From Leptogorgia sarmentosa (lineage: Eukaryota), in the NCBI GenBank assembly GCA_964658305.1, contig OZ210884.1, positions 5,580,001 to 5,644,000 of the forward strand: a stretch of 64,000 nucleotides of DNA, written 5' to 3'. The position numbers and the translations under genes are program-made. Below the pieces are notes generated by a model. That model ran no database searches. It saw only the letters and a list, made by a program, of their open reading frames with translations, and was not told the DNA's origin. How positions within the stretch are numbered: the first letter of the stretch is position 1; each line of letters opens with the position of its first letter. Of the stretch, positions 51,758 to 64,000 are shown in pieces.

Positions 51758-54700
51758 ATGGGCATCACTTACAACTTGCTGTATTCTATTGTATTGATAT
51801 GTTGTACATACGCTCATAATCAGCACGACCCCCCAATCCCTGTCCCGAGTGATGCATTATCAGAACATCAACACTCCACTGACAGCGGAGAGCACGATAC
51901 TTCCTACGACCATGACATATTCCTTGGGAGAGATGAAGCTCGGAATTTTGAAAACGTTGATCCTAACGTTGCTAAGAATAAACTAAGGTAAGATGACGGG
52001 GAATATAGCTATTCTGATATGGAATCAATCTTCGATAGCTATCTTGGGAGAAGGCGTATCAATACTTGGTCGTTGCTATATTGGTGTATAATGTGTGTAC
52101 AAACAAAATACACCGCAGTTATAATATAAAGCAAAGACCTTTGTTTATGACAAGTCAATTAACGCGGCGACTTGCAATTGATATGAGCACTTAACAACAC
52201 AGCAACTGAGCACAACAACTTAGAAAACGCTCCCAATAACTTATGCTTAGTATAAAGTGGCATGTTATTAATGACATTCTGTTTATAAATTTGGATTTTT
52301 CGAAGGGATATATAATAGTATGATAATCGTTCAAAAAATGCAGATATATTACTTTTGAAGTGAGGGTAATTCAAAAGTCAACGAGGCAAAGAAAAACCGT
52401 TATGATGAATAATGGTACTTCCAACTGACAGCAATAATAGTGAGAGAAACTTGTATGTAAAACAGGAATTTCCTTCTCTGCTTACCCTATACATTTTTCC
52501 ATCTTTTACTCTGTCGTATAGATGTCCTACATAGATATCATGGAGATATCTATAATAAAGATACACGACAGTGTATCACAAATCGTGTAAGTTGAATAAT
52601 GTACATATTTTTGTAGAGAAATTGCGAAAAAAATTGATGTAAATAAAGATGGAAAAATTAATGCGCAGGAAATTGAAAATTGGATTGAAGGAAACATGAA
52701 AAGATATGCTATGAAAAATACAAATGATCGTTTAAAAAAATGGGATACGAATAAAGATGAGCACGTCTCCTGGAGTGAATACATCGCAATATTCTCTGGA
52801 AGCAATGTTCCAAAGAAAGAACGATTAAAATCGGACGAGCGCCGCTTTGACGTAAGATAACACTTTATTGTTTGATAACAGGTAAACGTTTTACTCAGTA
52901 CCTAAACGATACAACAAGATTTGACGTTCCAGGCAAAGACATATACTAAATCCCTGCGAATTAAGAGCCTCTTCTCAAAACGTCAAATTGTTGTGTAAGT
53001 ATATTGAAATAGATGGCAATAAATTGCAAGGAGAGGAATCATTGTTTGTGTGTTATAAAATGTAGAAATTTATATCATGAAACCATGGAAGTAATTCATT
53101 GACTTTAAGGTAATGAACATAACTTCAACGGGCGTTGTCCTCGCATAGCATCACATAGCGGACGCAAGCGGGTCAACTGGTTGCCCTTTATCCACAAAAA
53201 AGAATAATTAATGGCGAAACTATATTAGATATCGCCCAAAAACGCATGACGTAGCATTTGAGAGACTGTAGATGTGAATTGAATTTCGTTTGGGATGACT
53301 AGCGGGACCCCATAGCTCTCCATTTCGCATCTCGGGCCTTTCAGTGCCGGTAACATTAGTTCTAATTCATGTTAGAAAGCTGATATGAACGGAGATGGTC
53401 TGCTAAGTAGAGAGGAATTGACATTTTTCTTACATCCTGAAGAAAGTTCTCTCATGACAGATGTTATCGCCGAGGTAAATAAGATTCAGTATTAAATAAT
53501 TTCAGAAACATGTATCTGATGTAAATAGTTGTCTGCATACTGAATGAAAAATACTAATTAAGAAGTATCAGTAATATAAATAAATAGCCTGTCGTGTTGC
53601 ATACAAGTGTTCATTGATTTTTTCGTTCATTCGCACATGTATTCCTTTTTGCATGCTTTTAGCTGCAGAGCACCACCGCAAATTCCTTAAAAAATTGACT
53701 ATCCTATGATGGATAATTATCAGTTATAATTATCCAAGATACATTTTGAATAAATGGAAACTCTCTTGATGTATTTGTTTACATTGATGTAATTTTTGTT
53801 TCTGCGATTTACAGGAAAATCTGGAAGCCTTGGACACAAATAATGATGGGGAAGTTTCACTTAAAGAATTTGCAGGTCAGAATAATCTTGCAATTGCACG
53901 TGATTTGGTAAAAAACATGTTGTGCGTAAACGAATGATGCTTGCATGTGGATGTGAGTACACCAGGGTTTGAAAAATCAGTACTTTCTATTGTATTTTAG
54001 ATTGAAGGTTATGTTTTGATTTTTTCAGGTAATACCCATGCAAAGCTGACTGAAGCCATCGTCAACGGAGTTGCAAATCACTTCGCCCAATTGGATATAA
54101 ATAAAGATGGAAAACTAAACAAGGTTTGTTGCATGCATGCATTCATATACCTGCATGCATATAACCTAGTTTTCGGCAGTTAGCAAAGAATTTTTATTAT
54201 CTTTGTAGGAAGAACTGATTCCATGGGTTGTTCCTAATGAAGCGAATACTATCAGCAACGAAGCCATGCATCTTCTTAGCCAAGCAGATGGAAACATGGT
54301 AGGATGAATTTAAAATAATTGCATGCACAAGTTCTTTTTTGGCTGGTAGCTTTGTTTTCATAAGCGTATGACGCAAATTCTTTCACTTAAAATTCACGAG
54401 AGCCGAGGGTCGCTGGTAGAATGACGTAATTATTGAAATAGAGATAAATAATATCTCGTCATTGGCAATACGTAAAAATATAGCCTTGGCACATCCATAA
54501 ATGGGAATATCATGGCATTTTCACAACGTTTTAACGTCACTGATCTCGTCTTTCTTCGACGTTGTAATGTATTTGCTAAAGCAACCCACTTCATAGCAAA
54601 AACACCAAAGAAATAATAATTAATGCATCACTCAGACCCAGAGACATAGAGCCATGTAAAGCGATCGTGCTTTTACAAAATGGCGGTATTTTGTATGACC

Positions 54701-55015
54701 ATGTTTTATCTGGTTCACACTGGGGTTGCTCAGGAAGCTTGAAAATGTCTGATGGATATAAAACTTCAACTTTGTTGAGTTTTCTTTTCATGAATTTTCT
54801 GGCCCATAATTATAGCGAGAAAACGAAGTTTTACTTAAAAATGTATTAAACATTAATTTGGGTTGTACCAAAAGGGATAGATGTTTTATTTGCTTCTTCT
54901 TATTGTTAAGGATCATGTGCTTTCGTATGATGAAATGGTGAACAAGTATGAAGCATTTGTGGGAAGCAAAGCTACACATTACGGAGATCTTCTCAAACCA
55001 AACCCTGACTTGTAG
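51758..55015 (+). CDS. Calumenin/reticulocalbin-like (CREC family) multi-EF-hand protein
   Basis: Exons 51758-51987, 52617-52851, 53376-53474, 53815-53875, 54029-54123, 54209-54298, 54911-55015. Signal peptide, YDHDIFLG, EF loops DVNKDGKI, DTNKDEHV, DMNGDGLL, DTNNDGEV, DINKDGKL, DGNMDHVL, plus FLHPEE and FVGSKATHYG. Confidence 0.92.
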
Positions 55016-55410
55016 ACATCTTTGGCGTATGAAAATTGTTGTATATATAGGATAAAATGATATACAGTAATGAAAAATGTTGTCGAAGAATGCGGAATGG
55101 CCGTTGTAGACAAAGAAAACTAGCAGCAAATGAAAGAACAAAACTTCCAATACGATACATTTATGAATATATTTAATATTTTGTTTGAAGAATACGAGAG
55201 TTGTGATCGATACTTTTTGTTATTATATTAATATTAATATTAATATTCTAATCTATTATGCGTAAGTGAATTGTTAAACGCAGCATTTTGTTAGAGATAA
55301 TGAAGCATATATGGCATCTTGTTTTTCCTTGCTTGGGAAATGTCTAATTATCCAAATGTAAGAACGTTCGATCTAGTTAATTGTAAGGAGGAATCCTTCA
55401 TTAACTGTAG

Positions 55411-56388
55411 CTATATGTCCCGTTTATTCCAGACAAATATATTAAGCAGAATTCGTCCACACGCTTTTCTGTATTTGGCATGTCTCATTCCGTAGATGAA
55501 TGCGTTCACGATCGAGTTGATCCCATAAAGTTCGTAATGAAACACAACGAACCAAACCTGTCTGCATGTTCCAGTACATGAAATTTCATAAACCACTCTC
55601 CCGCCTATAGCTGGTGTTAGGACGCAGAAAACCAACACTGCTATCACGATACAAAATGTTTTAACTGCTTTAAGAGCGTGGAGAAACCGATTTACACTAG
55701 CCATTTTATTTCCTGTCTTTTCGTCACAAGAGGTTAGGGGAACCACGCGCGTTTCAGTCAAAATACGTTTTCTCTGTTTCTCCGCAATGATTAAAATCCG
55801 CACATTAAGAATTAGTATTAAACAAAGTGGAATGTAGGCAACAAAAGCCACCATGAAATGATGCAAATAAAGATTTATGCTGCAAAAACTTCTCAATCTC
55901 TCATCAGATCTTCTAAGGTTTATTGCAAAAACAAGGAAAATACAGCAGGTGGTTAACCAAATGGCAAATATCGAGATACAGATCCGTCGTTTTGTCACAA
56001 TCATCGGATATCTGAGAGGCCTTACTATGTATAAATATCGATCAACAGTAATAGCGAAAAGTGTAGCAACCGAAGCGAACAATAATGCGTGACTGCTCGA
56101 TCGACTAAATTTACAAAAGAGGTTCTGGTCATTCTCGATGTTTAGCATCGTTTGTATGATCTCGATGATCCATAATGGATAAAATGTTAAACACACAAGA
56201 AGATCTGCCAGTGCCAAGTTTCCCACCAGATACGATGTCATTGTCTTTTCTTTGTTCAAGAAAACTATGTACATTAGGACGGTGACATTCCCGCAGACGC
56301 CAATGATCATTGCGATGAACTTGAACACAACTGAAGGAAGAAGGAACTCCTTTGGTAATGGTGATGGATATGACAAATTATTCGCCAT
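55411..56388 (-). CDS. Intronless rhodopsin-family GPCR (adenosine/amine receptor-like) 1
   Basis: Seven hydrophobic segments; GN (TM1), NLALADL, DRY, PLRY, NSIVNAFIYG. Confidence 0.93.
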   Translation of the reverse strand: MANNLSYPSPLPKEFLLPSVVFKFIAMIIGVCGNVTVLMYIVFLNKEKTMTSYLVGNLALADLLVCLTFYPLWIIEIIQTMLNIENDQNLFCKFSRSSSHALLFASVATLFAITVDRYLYIVRPLRYPMIVTKRRICISIFAIWLTTCCIFLVFAINLRRSDERLRSFCSINLYLHHFMVAFVAYIPLCLILILNVRILIIAEKQRKRILTETRVVPLTSCDEKTGNKMASVNRFLHALKAVKTFCIVIAVLVFCVLTPAIGGRVVYEISCTGTCRQVWFVVFHYELYGINSIVNAFIYGMRHAKYRKACGRILLNIFVWNKRDI

Positions 56389-57613
56389 TATTACGTCTAG
56401 TACGACTTACAAAACTAATACAAAGAGGAGAAAGTGTAAACAACAGATTTCTTTATGTATATTAGTGAGTACGAAAAATCAATGTGAGAATCGATTTTTT
56501 TTGTATGCTTTGTAACGTTCATCAAATAATTAAAACCAGAGTAGCTGATTGGATGTAAAGACTAAGCAATATTACATGTAATATCCTCGTGGTAAACTTC
56601 CGTGACGCTGAGTGGCTAAAAATGTTGAAGAAATGAGCGAGTTAACATTAGTTACACAGGTGTGTAATCAATTAATTAGTTATATTTGTTAAACGACTCA
56701 GAGCGAGCCCGCGATAATTTTGAAAACGACTAAAAGGGTTTTAAACAACGCTAAAATCATTCAGTCGCGTAATTCGGGTAAACCACGCGACACCATACGC
56801 CAGACTCGTGCAAAAAAAGGGGAATTGAAGGGGGAACCGGAGTTAGAATTTTAATAAATTAATCATAATCAGGGTAAGTTGTATTCCAACGTAATTTCTA
56901 GGGGTTTAAGATCCACCTTGAACCTTTAGATTCGGCACATTGTACATTGATAAAGTCAATAAAAAACAATAAATATAATATTTTATTACTGTTTTGAAGA
57001 ACGCTATAAGAAGAAACAATAATGTATTAAACTATAGGTTACGTAAAATGTTAGTAAATGCTGCCTTTAGGAAATAAATTCAGTATAGAAAGATAAAGGC
57101 TACATCAAGGAAACACACAATATGCACAGAGGAAATGTTAAATTCTTACCAAATTTCTTAAATTAAACTTATTCAGTTTCACTCACGGTTAAATTAATAC
57201 TGTCAAGATGTCATATTCATTGCCTTTAATCAAATCAACACAAAAACGTGACATTTTTGCTAATCAGGGCCAATTCATTATTGCTTTGATTGAGGAAAAA
57301 ACTCCCTCCTCATCAGCCAATGATATTTTAGTAATTTCGCCCACTTCCTGATTATATGAGTAAATTTGAACCGGTCTAATTTATCATAAATTATGATAAA
57401 ATGTTTTGTGGAGATCGTTAAATAAAGCTTCCTTACTAAAATTTCCAAAATTGCTCTCTTCGTACTTAACGTTATTACAGCTACTAGTAAGTAGTAACGA
57501 CTGTTTATGTGTAGTTCTTGATCACTCTGACGATTCTTTCAGGAAAATCCATAAAATTTTTAACGTTTTAGGTTAAGTTTATTGCAAAATTCTTGATGAA
57601 AGGTCAGGTTAAA

Positions 57614-58582
57614 TTAATTACAGCGAAATATTGTGAAGAAAATGTGTCTGTAGGCTTTTCTGTATTTAGCATGTCTCATTCCGTAGATGAATGCGTTCAC
57701 GATAGAGTTGATCCCATAAAGTTCGTAATGAAACACAACGAACCAAACCTGTCTGCATGTTCCAGTACATGAAATTTCATAAACCACTCTCCCGCCTATA
57801 GCTGGTGTTAGGACGCAGAAAACCAACACTGCTATCACGATGCAAAATGTTTTAACTGCTTTAAGAGCGTGGAGAAACCGATTTACACTAGCCATTTTAT
57901 TTCCTGTCTTTTCGTCACAAGAGGTTAGGGGAGCCACGGTTTCAGTCAAAATACGTTTTCTCTGTTTCTCCGCAATGATTAAAATCCGCACATTAAGAAT
58001 TAGTATTAAACAAAGTGGAAGGTAGGCAACAAAAGCCACCATGAAATGATGCAAATAAAGATTTATGCTGCAAAAACTTCTTAGTCTCTCATCAGATCTT
58101 CGAAGATAAATTACGAAAACCAGAAGAACCCAGCAGGTAGTTAACCAAATTCCAAAAATTGAGATAAAAACTCGTCGTTTTGTCACAATCATCGGATATC
58201 TGAGAGGTCTTACGATATATAAATATCGATCAACAGTGATAGCGAGGAGTGTAGCAACCGAAGCGAACAATAATGCGTGACTGCTCGATCGACTGAGTTT
58301 ACAAAAAAGGTTCTGGTCATTCTCGATGTTTAGCATCGTTTGTATGATCTCGATGATCCATAATGGATAAAATGTTAAACACACAAGAAGATCTGCCAGT
58401 GCCAAGTTTCCCACCAGATACGATGTCACTGTCTTTTCTTTGTTCAAGAAAACTATGTACATTAGGACGGTGACATTCCCGCAGACGCCAATGATCATTG
58501 CGATGAACTTGAACACAACTGATGGAAGAAGGAACTCCTTTGGTAATGGTGATGGATACAAATGCGATGAGATATTCGTCAT
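57614..58582 (-). CDS. Intronless rhodopsin-family GPCR 2 (recent paralog of GPCR 1)
   Basis: ATG at 58582 (MTNISS) aligns with the GPCR 1 start and the same motifs are present. The upstream ORF extension lies within a MITE. Confidence 0.93.
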   Translation of the reverse strand: MTNISSHLYPSPLPKEFLLPSVVFKFIAMIIGVCGNVTVLMYIVFLNKEKTVTSYLVGNLALADLLVCLTFYPLWIIEIIQTMLNIENDQNLFCKLSRSSSHALLFASVATLLAITVDRYLYIVRPLRYPMIVTKRRVFISIFGIWLTTCWVLLVFVIYLRRSDERLRSFCSINLYLHHFMVAFVAYLPLCLILILNVRILIIAEKQRKRILTETVAPLTSCDEKTGNKMASVNRFLHALKAVKTFCIVIAVLVFCVLTPAIGGRVVYEISCTGTCRQVWFVVFHYELYGINSIVNAFIYGMRHAKYRKAYRHIFFTIFRCN

Positions 58583-58892
58583 TATTCTGTTTATTAGTGC
58601 GCGCAAAGACGAGGAAATATAAACAAAACGAAAGCCAACTATTATTGCGCACGACAACAATGACAATGAATTTTTGGTTCGTGTAACGTTAATTAAAATA
58701 CGATTAATATTACCTGTAATCACCTGTAATATTCTGCCAATCAGCTATATGCACAGCTACTCTCGTCTTTTAAAATTAATAAACGTTACACGAACCAAAA
58801 ATTGATTGTCATTTTTGTCGTGCGCAATAATAGTTGGCTTTTTCGTGTTGTTTATATTTCCTCGTCTTTGCGCGCACTAATGACAGAATAAT
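58581..58892. mobile_element. Foldback MITE abutting the GPCR 2 start codon
   Basis: ~115-bp inverted arms: ATTATTCTG..TTAGTGCGCGCAAAGACGAGGAAATATAAAC...TTGGTTCGTGTAACGTT versus AACGTTACACGAACCAA...GTCTTTGCGCGCACTAATGACAGAATAAT. Confidence 0.85.
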
Positions 58893-61660
58893 TAAGTTTA
58901 ATCTCAACAGATAGCAAGCGGAGATATAGCTTACCGAACAACTTTAATATAAATGTGATCATAAAGACTGTATGATACCAACTATATAACATCGTTATAT
59001 AGCTAAATATAACAACAATATTAATTTACTGAACTAGGTTCTTAAAACGTCAAATCCATATTTGAATACCTATGTTTGTTAAAGGTGTATATTTTTAGTT
59101 CAATGCAGAGATATTTGAATGAACACTTGACGTTAATGCATAATCTGTAACGAAATTAATTAAAGTCTTTTGATAATCGATTGTATTATCGGGGTATCAT
59201 ACTTATATTAAATTTAGATAATGTCGTTGTGGTGACAACTGATTAGTGGCAACGATACTAGTAGTATAGCGAGGTTCATATTTGACTCCACTACGCCTAC
59301 CGCTACCTTTCACCGACTTATTGCGCGAATTTCTTATCGAAGATGGCCAGGGTCTTCTTGTCCTAAAACTAAGCACGTTATCAAAAACCTATTATTAGAG
59401 TATTACCAAGATCCTTATCCACAAGCTATGCATATGTACTGCCATATCCATTTAAGATATTTTTTCATGATACTGCATAAATTTCAGCTGGGGTAAACAA
59501 AATGTTCCAATATTTCTATTATAAACGAGAGGTTCTTGTTTTTGGCTGGATATATACATCGATATTTTATTTCTTAAGACAACTTTTTAGATATTTATGC
59601 AAAGGCTTCTCCTAGCAAGTCGCGTTCTGGCTTCGCGAAGTAGTTCGAAGTTAATTTGATTGAATTTTCCCATCTTTATTAATTAGTTGGGGTGTTATTT
59701 AACATTGTGTTATTATTTCTAAGTATCAAAACTGGCTTCACTTGAGCTCTCATCGTTTCATCAAATTGGTCTATTACAAAAAATTGTTTGCGGACAGCGA
59801 TCGAATACCAGCTGATGGAATTCCACCCGCTTGTATGGCGAATGAAATTGCAAGATTCGACACGAATCCGCCCGTTTGCACTTAATAAAAAATACTAAAT
59901 TGCTGTTTATGTAAGTAATAGAATTTAAGACTTAGCAATATCGCATGTAATCAAGCAAATGGTAAGGAATATTGCACGTCGATATTGCATGTCTGGAAAG
60001 CAATATTGGACGCCATTATGCAAAACACGAAACACGTCACAAAGACGAAAACTGTCGCTGCATGACTATAAAAGACTCCTGAGTAGGCATAAATATAGAA
60101 AAGACAGAAAGAAAGAAAAGCCAGGGAAAAACACAATGGATTGAAATACAGGCAAGCGTATTTATATGAATGGCCGGCTAAGACGCATTTACTGTTTTTT
60201 TTACTATTTCAAAATACTGAAAGAACTTCAGATAAGAATAACAAAGAATATTAGCTTAAATGGTGTTATTTCAAATACCAAATTCATGTAAAATAAAAAT
60301 ATAGTTTCTTGTCTAACGTGTAAGAATGTTTATGCGATTATTTTACATAAAAAATATGAACTGAAAAAGATCTAGATATATACATGTCAGCCAGGCAATA
60401 TTGTGACTCCATTTTTGTTCCTAGTTTGAGAAAAAAATTAATAACCTAACCCTAACCCTTACTTGAAACGAGAAACAGTAATTTTTCTTGTTTTAAGATA
60501 ACAGTTTTATTGACAATAACTTTTTTCTTTTCCAAAATTAACAAAGAAAAAATTCCTTGAACTTTAGGTTTATTGATATATCTTAATTGTTTCGAGACAT
60601 ACCTAAATTTATACGATAATTTTTCCAATTTTTCTTTTTCAATTTATATAAGACATATTTCTTGATTTAGGGGAAAATTGGCTTTAAACAAGTTTTTTAT
60701 CTTCAACTCGAACAGGCATTTCAATTTTTGCAGTGAAAGTAGTTAAAGTATGATTATATATATATAATAAACATTTCAGCCAAATTATAAATTTAAAAAT
60801 AGGAGGGGCGCTATCGACGTGACCACAGCAATTCAAAGCAGGTTTCTTAAGTCAAAGGACAGGACATAACACATTTGTTAAATGGCGTTGCAATTTATTA
60901 GCTATATCCTCCTGCATTAAACATCAGCATTAATTCCAAACGGTATTTCGACGGGATAATTTACAGTAAACTATAAACTCAGGAACATGCACCTGTCTTA
61001 TCTCAGCTCAAGAGCCCAATATTTCAATATCTTCGATATTCAATATGTAAAGTGCATAGTGAGCAGATGGGACTTAATTTTACCCATAGATCTAGATCTA
61101 GATCTAGAGGGCCGAGTTTTTATGATTGTAATTCTCCGCTTGTGTTAACATATGTATACTTAGGTCGCGTAGCAACATCAAGTTTGTATGGCGCTAAACT
61201 ATGAAACTAAACGCCTAAATTATGTTGGATATCAAAATAAAAGGATATCTTCGATATACTAGGAGCAACTTTTTTGGGTTTGTAGAATAATATAATGACA
61301 TGTCACAATGCATTAAATGCATGATTATATCGAAAAATTGTTTAGCCCATACATCGTTAAATAGCATGCAGGCCTGATATTTCTACATAAATGGACAGTT
61401 TCGTTTCAGTGTCCTACAATGCAATTAGAAAGTGCATTTGCACACACCAATTCTGTACTGCATGCATGCTAATGAACTTTTTAATATATTCTCGTCTGAA
61501 AATTATCCTCCAAAATAATTTTGTCAAAGGAAATGAAACAGTTGATGTCATGATGCTACTTTTATTTCTATACCTAATGAACTTCACATAATAAATATTT
61601 AAATTTGTTTATCTTTCGCATTGCACTAAACAGACATTCAGCTGTTTGCATGCAGTCATC

Positions 61661-62632
61661 ATGGGGCACAATACCACTCATGGTCGTTTTCAGACTTTAG
61701 AGAGCAACATTCTTGTTGCTTCAGTTGTATTTAAATTCATCGCAATGATTATTGGAGTATTGGGAAATATCACAGTCATTATTTCTACATTGTTTTCAAA
61801 CAAAGAGAGGACAGGGACATCTTTCTTGGTTGCAAACTTGGGACTGGCCGACCTTCTCGTGTGTTTAACATTCTATCCAATATGGATCATCGAGTTGGTT
61901 TATACAATATTGGATATAAATAGCGATCAGGATCTGTTTTGTAAGTTAAGTCGCTCCACAACCTGGGCATTACTCGCCGCTTCACTGGGAACACTTATTG
62001 CGATTACTGTTGATCAGTATTTCTACATTGTAAAGCCTTTGAAATATCCAATGATTGTGACCAAAGAACGAGTGTTTAAAGCCATTGCTGTCATTTGGTT
62101 ATGCTCCGCTTCTCTATACATTATACTGCATGTACATTGGAGGAAATTTGACGGTAAATTAAGAAGCTTCTGCTTCTTAATATCTGATCTCTTCTTTTCG
62201 CTGCTCAACATTTTTGTCGCCTGTCTTCCACTTATTATCATCTTCATTCTCAATTTCAAAATTTTTAATGTTGCTCGAAAACATCGAAATCGAATCTTGG
62301 ACGAAACAACCGTAGCTGTCGAGGTTTCCAATGAACATTCAACCAGGAGATTGATTGCTCTACTCCGTTATCATGTAGGATTGAAAGCTGCGAAGACATT
62401 TGTGATCGTTGTCATGGTCTTAGCTTGCTGTGTTGTTACTCCGTCCATAATTGGGGTCATGATAGAAAATCTTTGTAGTTATTCATGTCGTCATATTTGG
62501 TACGTTGTTTTCTGCTACGAATTTTATGGAATAAACTCGATCGTGAATCCCTTCATTTATGGAATAAGGCATGTAAAAGACAGAAGAGCGTATGGAGATA
62601 TTCCTTTCAAAATATTTCGCTGCCGTAAATAA
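61661..62632 (+). CDS. Intronless rhodopsin-family GPCR 3 (more divergent paralog; DQY)
   Basis: 7TM; NLGLADL, DQY, PLKY, NSIVNPFIYG. Shares FKFIAMIIGV and CLTFYP.WIIE with GPCR 1 and 2. Confidence 0.92.
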   Translation: MGHNTTHGRFQTLESNILVASVVFKFIAMIIGVLGNITVIISTLFSNKERTGTSFLVANLGLADLLVCLTFYPIWIIELVYTILDINSDQDLFCKLSRSTTWALLAASLGTLIAITVDQYFYIVKPLKYPMIVTKERVFKAIAVIWLCSASLYIILHVHWRKFDGKLRSFCFLISDLFFSLLNIFVACLPLIIIFILNFKIFNVARKHRNRILDETTVAVEVSNEHSTRRLIALLRYHVGLKAAKTFVIVVMVLACCVVTPSIIGVMIENLCSYSCRHIWYVVFCYEFYGINSIVNPFIYGIRHVKDRRAYGDIPFKIFRCRK

Positions 62633-62821
62633 CGCGAGTCCGTAGAAAATGTCTGATAAAATAGCTATTTAATGGATTGGAATATAAGTAGATTGGAAGG
62701 CTAACACCATACGTTTCTTTGCGTTTTGAGTTCAAATACTTAACGCCAAAGATTGTGCCTTATAATGAAATTGAAGCTGTTAAAAAGTTGTAGTTTAATA
62801 CACAAAATTCAGGACTTTAAC

Positions 62822-63181
62822 AAGGCCTACTCCATGCAGGGTGCAAGATCGCCTAAAATAGCCTAACATCGGTTAAGATCGCCTGAGAACGCCTAAAATT
62901 GCTCAAGATTGCATATGATCAACATATATTACCTACAAAGAAATAAGCATTCTGGACTTAATAGGGGGTCTGAATAGAGAGAAGGCATCAACTTTTTTTT
63001 ATAATCCCGAATAAACCTTAGTATATAATATCACCTAATATTGCATCGCTCAAGATTGCCTAAGATCGCCTAAGATCGGCCAAGATCGCATAAGAACGCT
63101 CAAGATCGCCTTGAATTTTGGCAGTTTTTCCCTAATATCGCAATTAATCACGGCGATCTTGGACCCTATAGAGAAGGCCTT
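62822..63181. mobile_element. MITE with internal AAGATCGCCT 10-mer repeats
   Basis: AAGGCCTACTCCAT..AGGGTGCAAGATCGCC / GGCGATCTTGGACCCTATAGAGAAGGCCTT TIRs; tandem 10-mers at ~63051-63111. Confidence 0.75.
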
Positions 63182-63937
63182 TAAGAAAACCTAAGAGTTC
63201 GAGTGGAAAGTTGCCACGTTCATTTTAAACAATGCGTATGTTTTGAATTTTTCTAGCATTTCTATTTTTTCTAAAACGTTGAAGTTTTTATAATAAATGC
63301 AACTTTTTAATCAAAACTCGGAAAAACTAGCTTATACGCGTAGTTTCTGCAGCTTCATATGTTATACGGGCCGGACTGTTTTAGTGTAGTTGTACTGAGT
63401 TGACGTTCCATACAAATTATATCAATGATTTAATATAGCCTAAACTTCTCATGAACGTTCTTGTGACATTGAGCTTAATGCTTTAATGTACTTTTTCTCG
63501 AAATATGACAACGCACAATTACTCCTGCTTCCATCTATAATATTTTTTCTCATTGTAAATAAACTCAAACATGTAAATGAATGGTCATGCCAGCTGCAGG
63601 GGCGTAAATATGGGGGGGGGGGGGGCGTGGGGGGGGGTGGTTTATCCCCCCAAAGGCACTGGCCAGTCGGTCTCAAAATACGTACAACAAGTCTCAAAAT
63701 ACAAAATTACGCAATAGAAGGATTAAATGCGTTGCTGAGCGAAGACCGACATATTATCTCGAGACCGACTGCATTCATAACAATAAATTATAAAAAGTAA
63801 AGTGATTATGCAGTTTACGAATGGTGTTATGCGGACAGGCGTCATTTGGGACCTTAAGATTGCGAGAAAACTGTGACGGCAACACCAACCGGAAGTAACG
63901 GGTGAACTATTTTTGCTGACTTTGCAGTAATTTCAAA

Positions 63938-63995
63938 AATTCGGGCACTGATTTTGAGCATAATTCGGGCACTGATTTTGAGCATAATTCGGGCA
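63938..63995. repeat. 24-bp tandem repeat (AATTCGGGCACTGATTTTGAGCAT) x~2.4
   Basis: Directly visible at the window end. Confidence 0.8.
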
Positions 63996-64000
63996 AAAAT

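Noticed and set aside
58583..58723. N-terminal extension of GPCR 2 in the ORF track
   Set aside because: It starts at a non-ATG codon inside a MITE, and the paralog starts at the position equivalent to 58582.

Overview
AT-rich, intron-containing animal genomic DNA. The gene content and repeat types suggest a cnidarian, possibly an anthozoan or octocoral; this is inference. The ORF track mostly shows exon fragments, so genes were rebuilt by hand from splice sites. Left to right: 3' six exons of a CD63-like tetraspanin (+); an orphan 116-aa single-pass membrane protein with a GC-AG intron (+); a large CUB/Cys-rich/EGF/SEA/discoidin type I receptor (+); two tandem YteT-like Gfo/Idh/MocA oxidoreductase genes, each with different lesions (-); a Penelope-like retroelement fragment with inverted arms and minimal hammerhead motifs, nested in a DNA-transposon remnant; a 22-exon MADD/DENN gene (+); two tandem lectin-FN3-Ig receptors with ITIM/ITAM-like tails (-); a calumenin-like EF-hand gene lacking an HDEL/HDEF end (+); and three intronless rhodopsin-family GPCRs. 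Many MITEs are interspersed. The most striking unannotated structure is a ~270-bp insertion in a MADD intron (34306-34576). It is flanked by a 14-bp duplication and is a circularly permuted, slightly-more-than-monomer unit combining a tRNA-like (Pol III A/B box) head with a complete hammerhead ribozyme fold, i.e. a candidate retrozyme/SINE hybrid.
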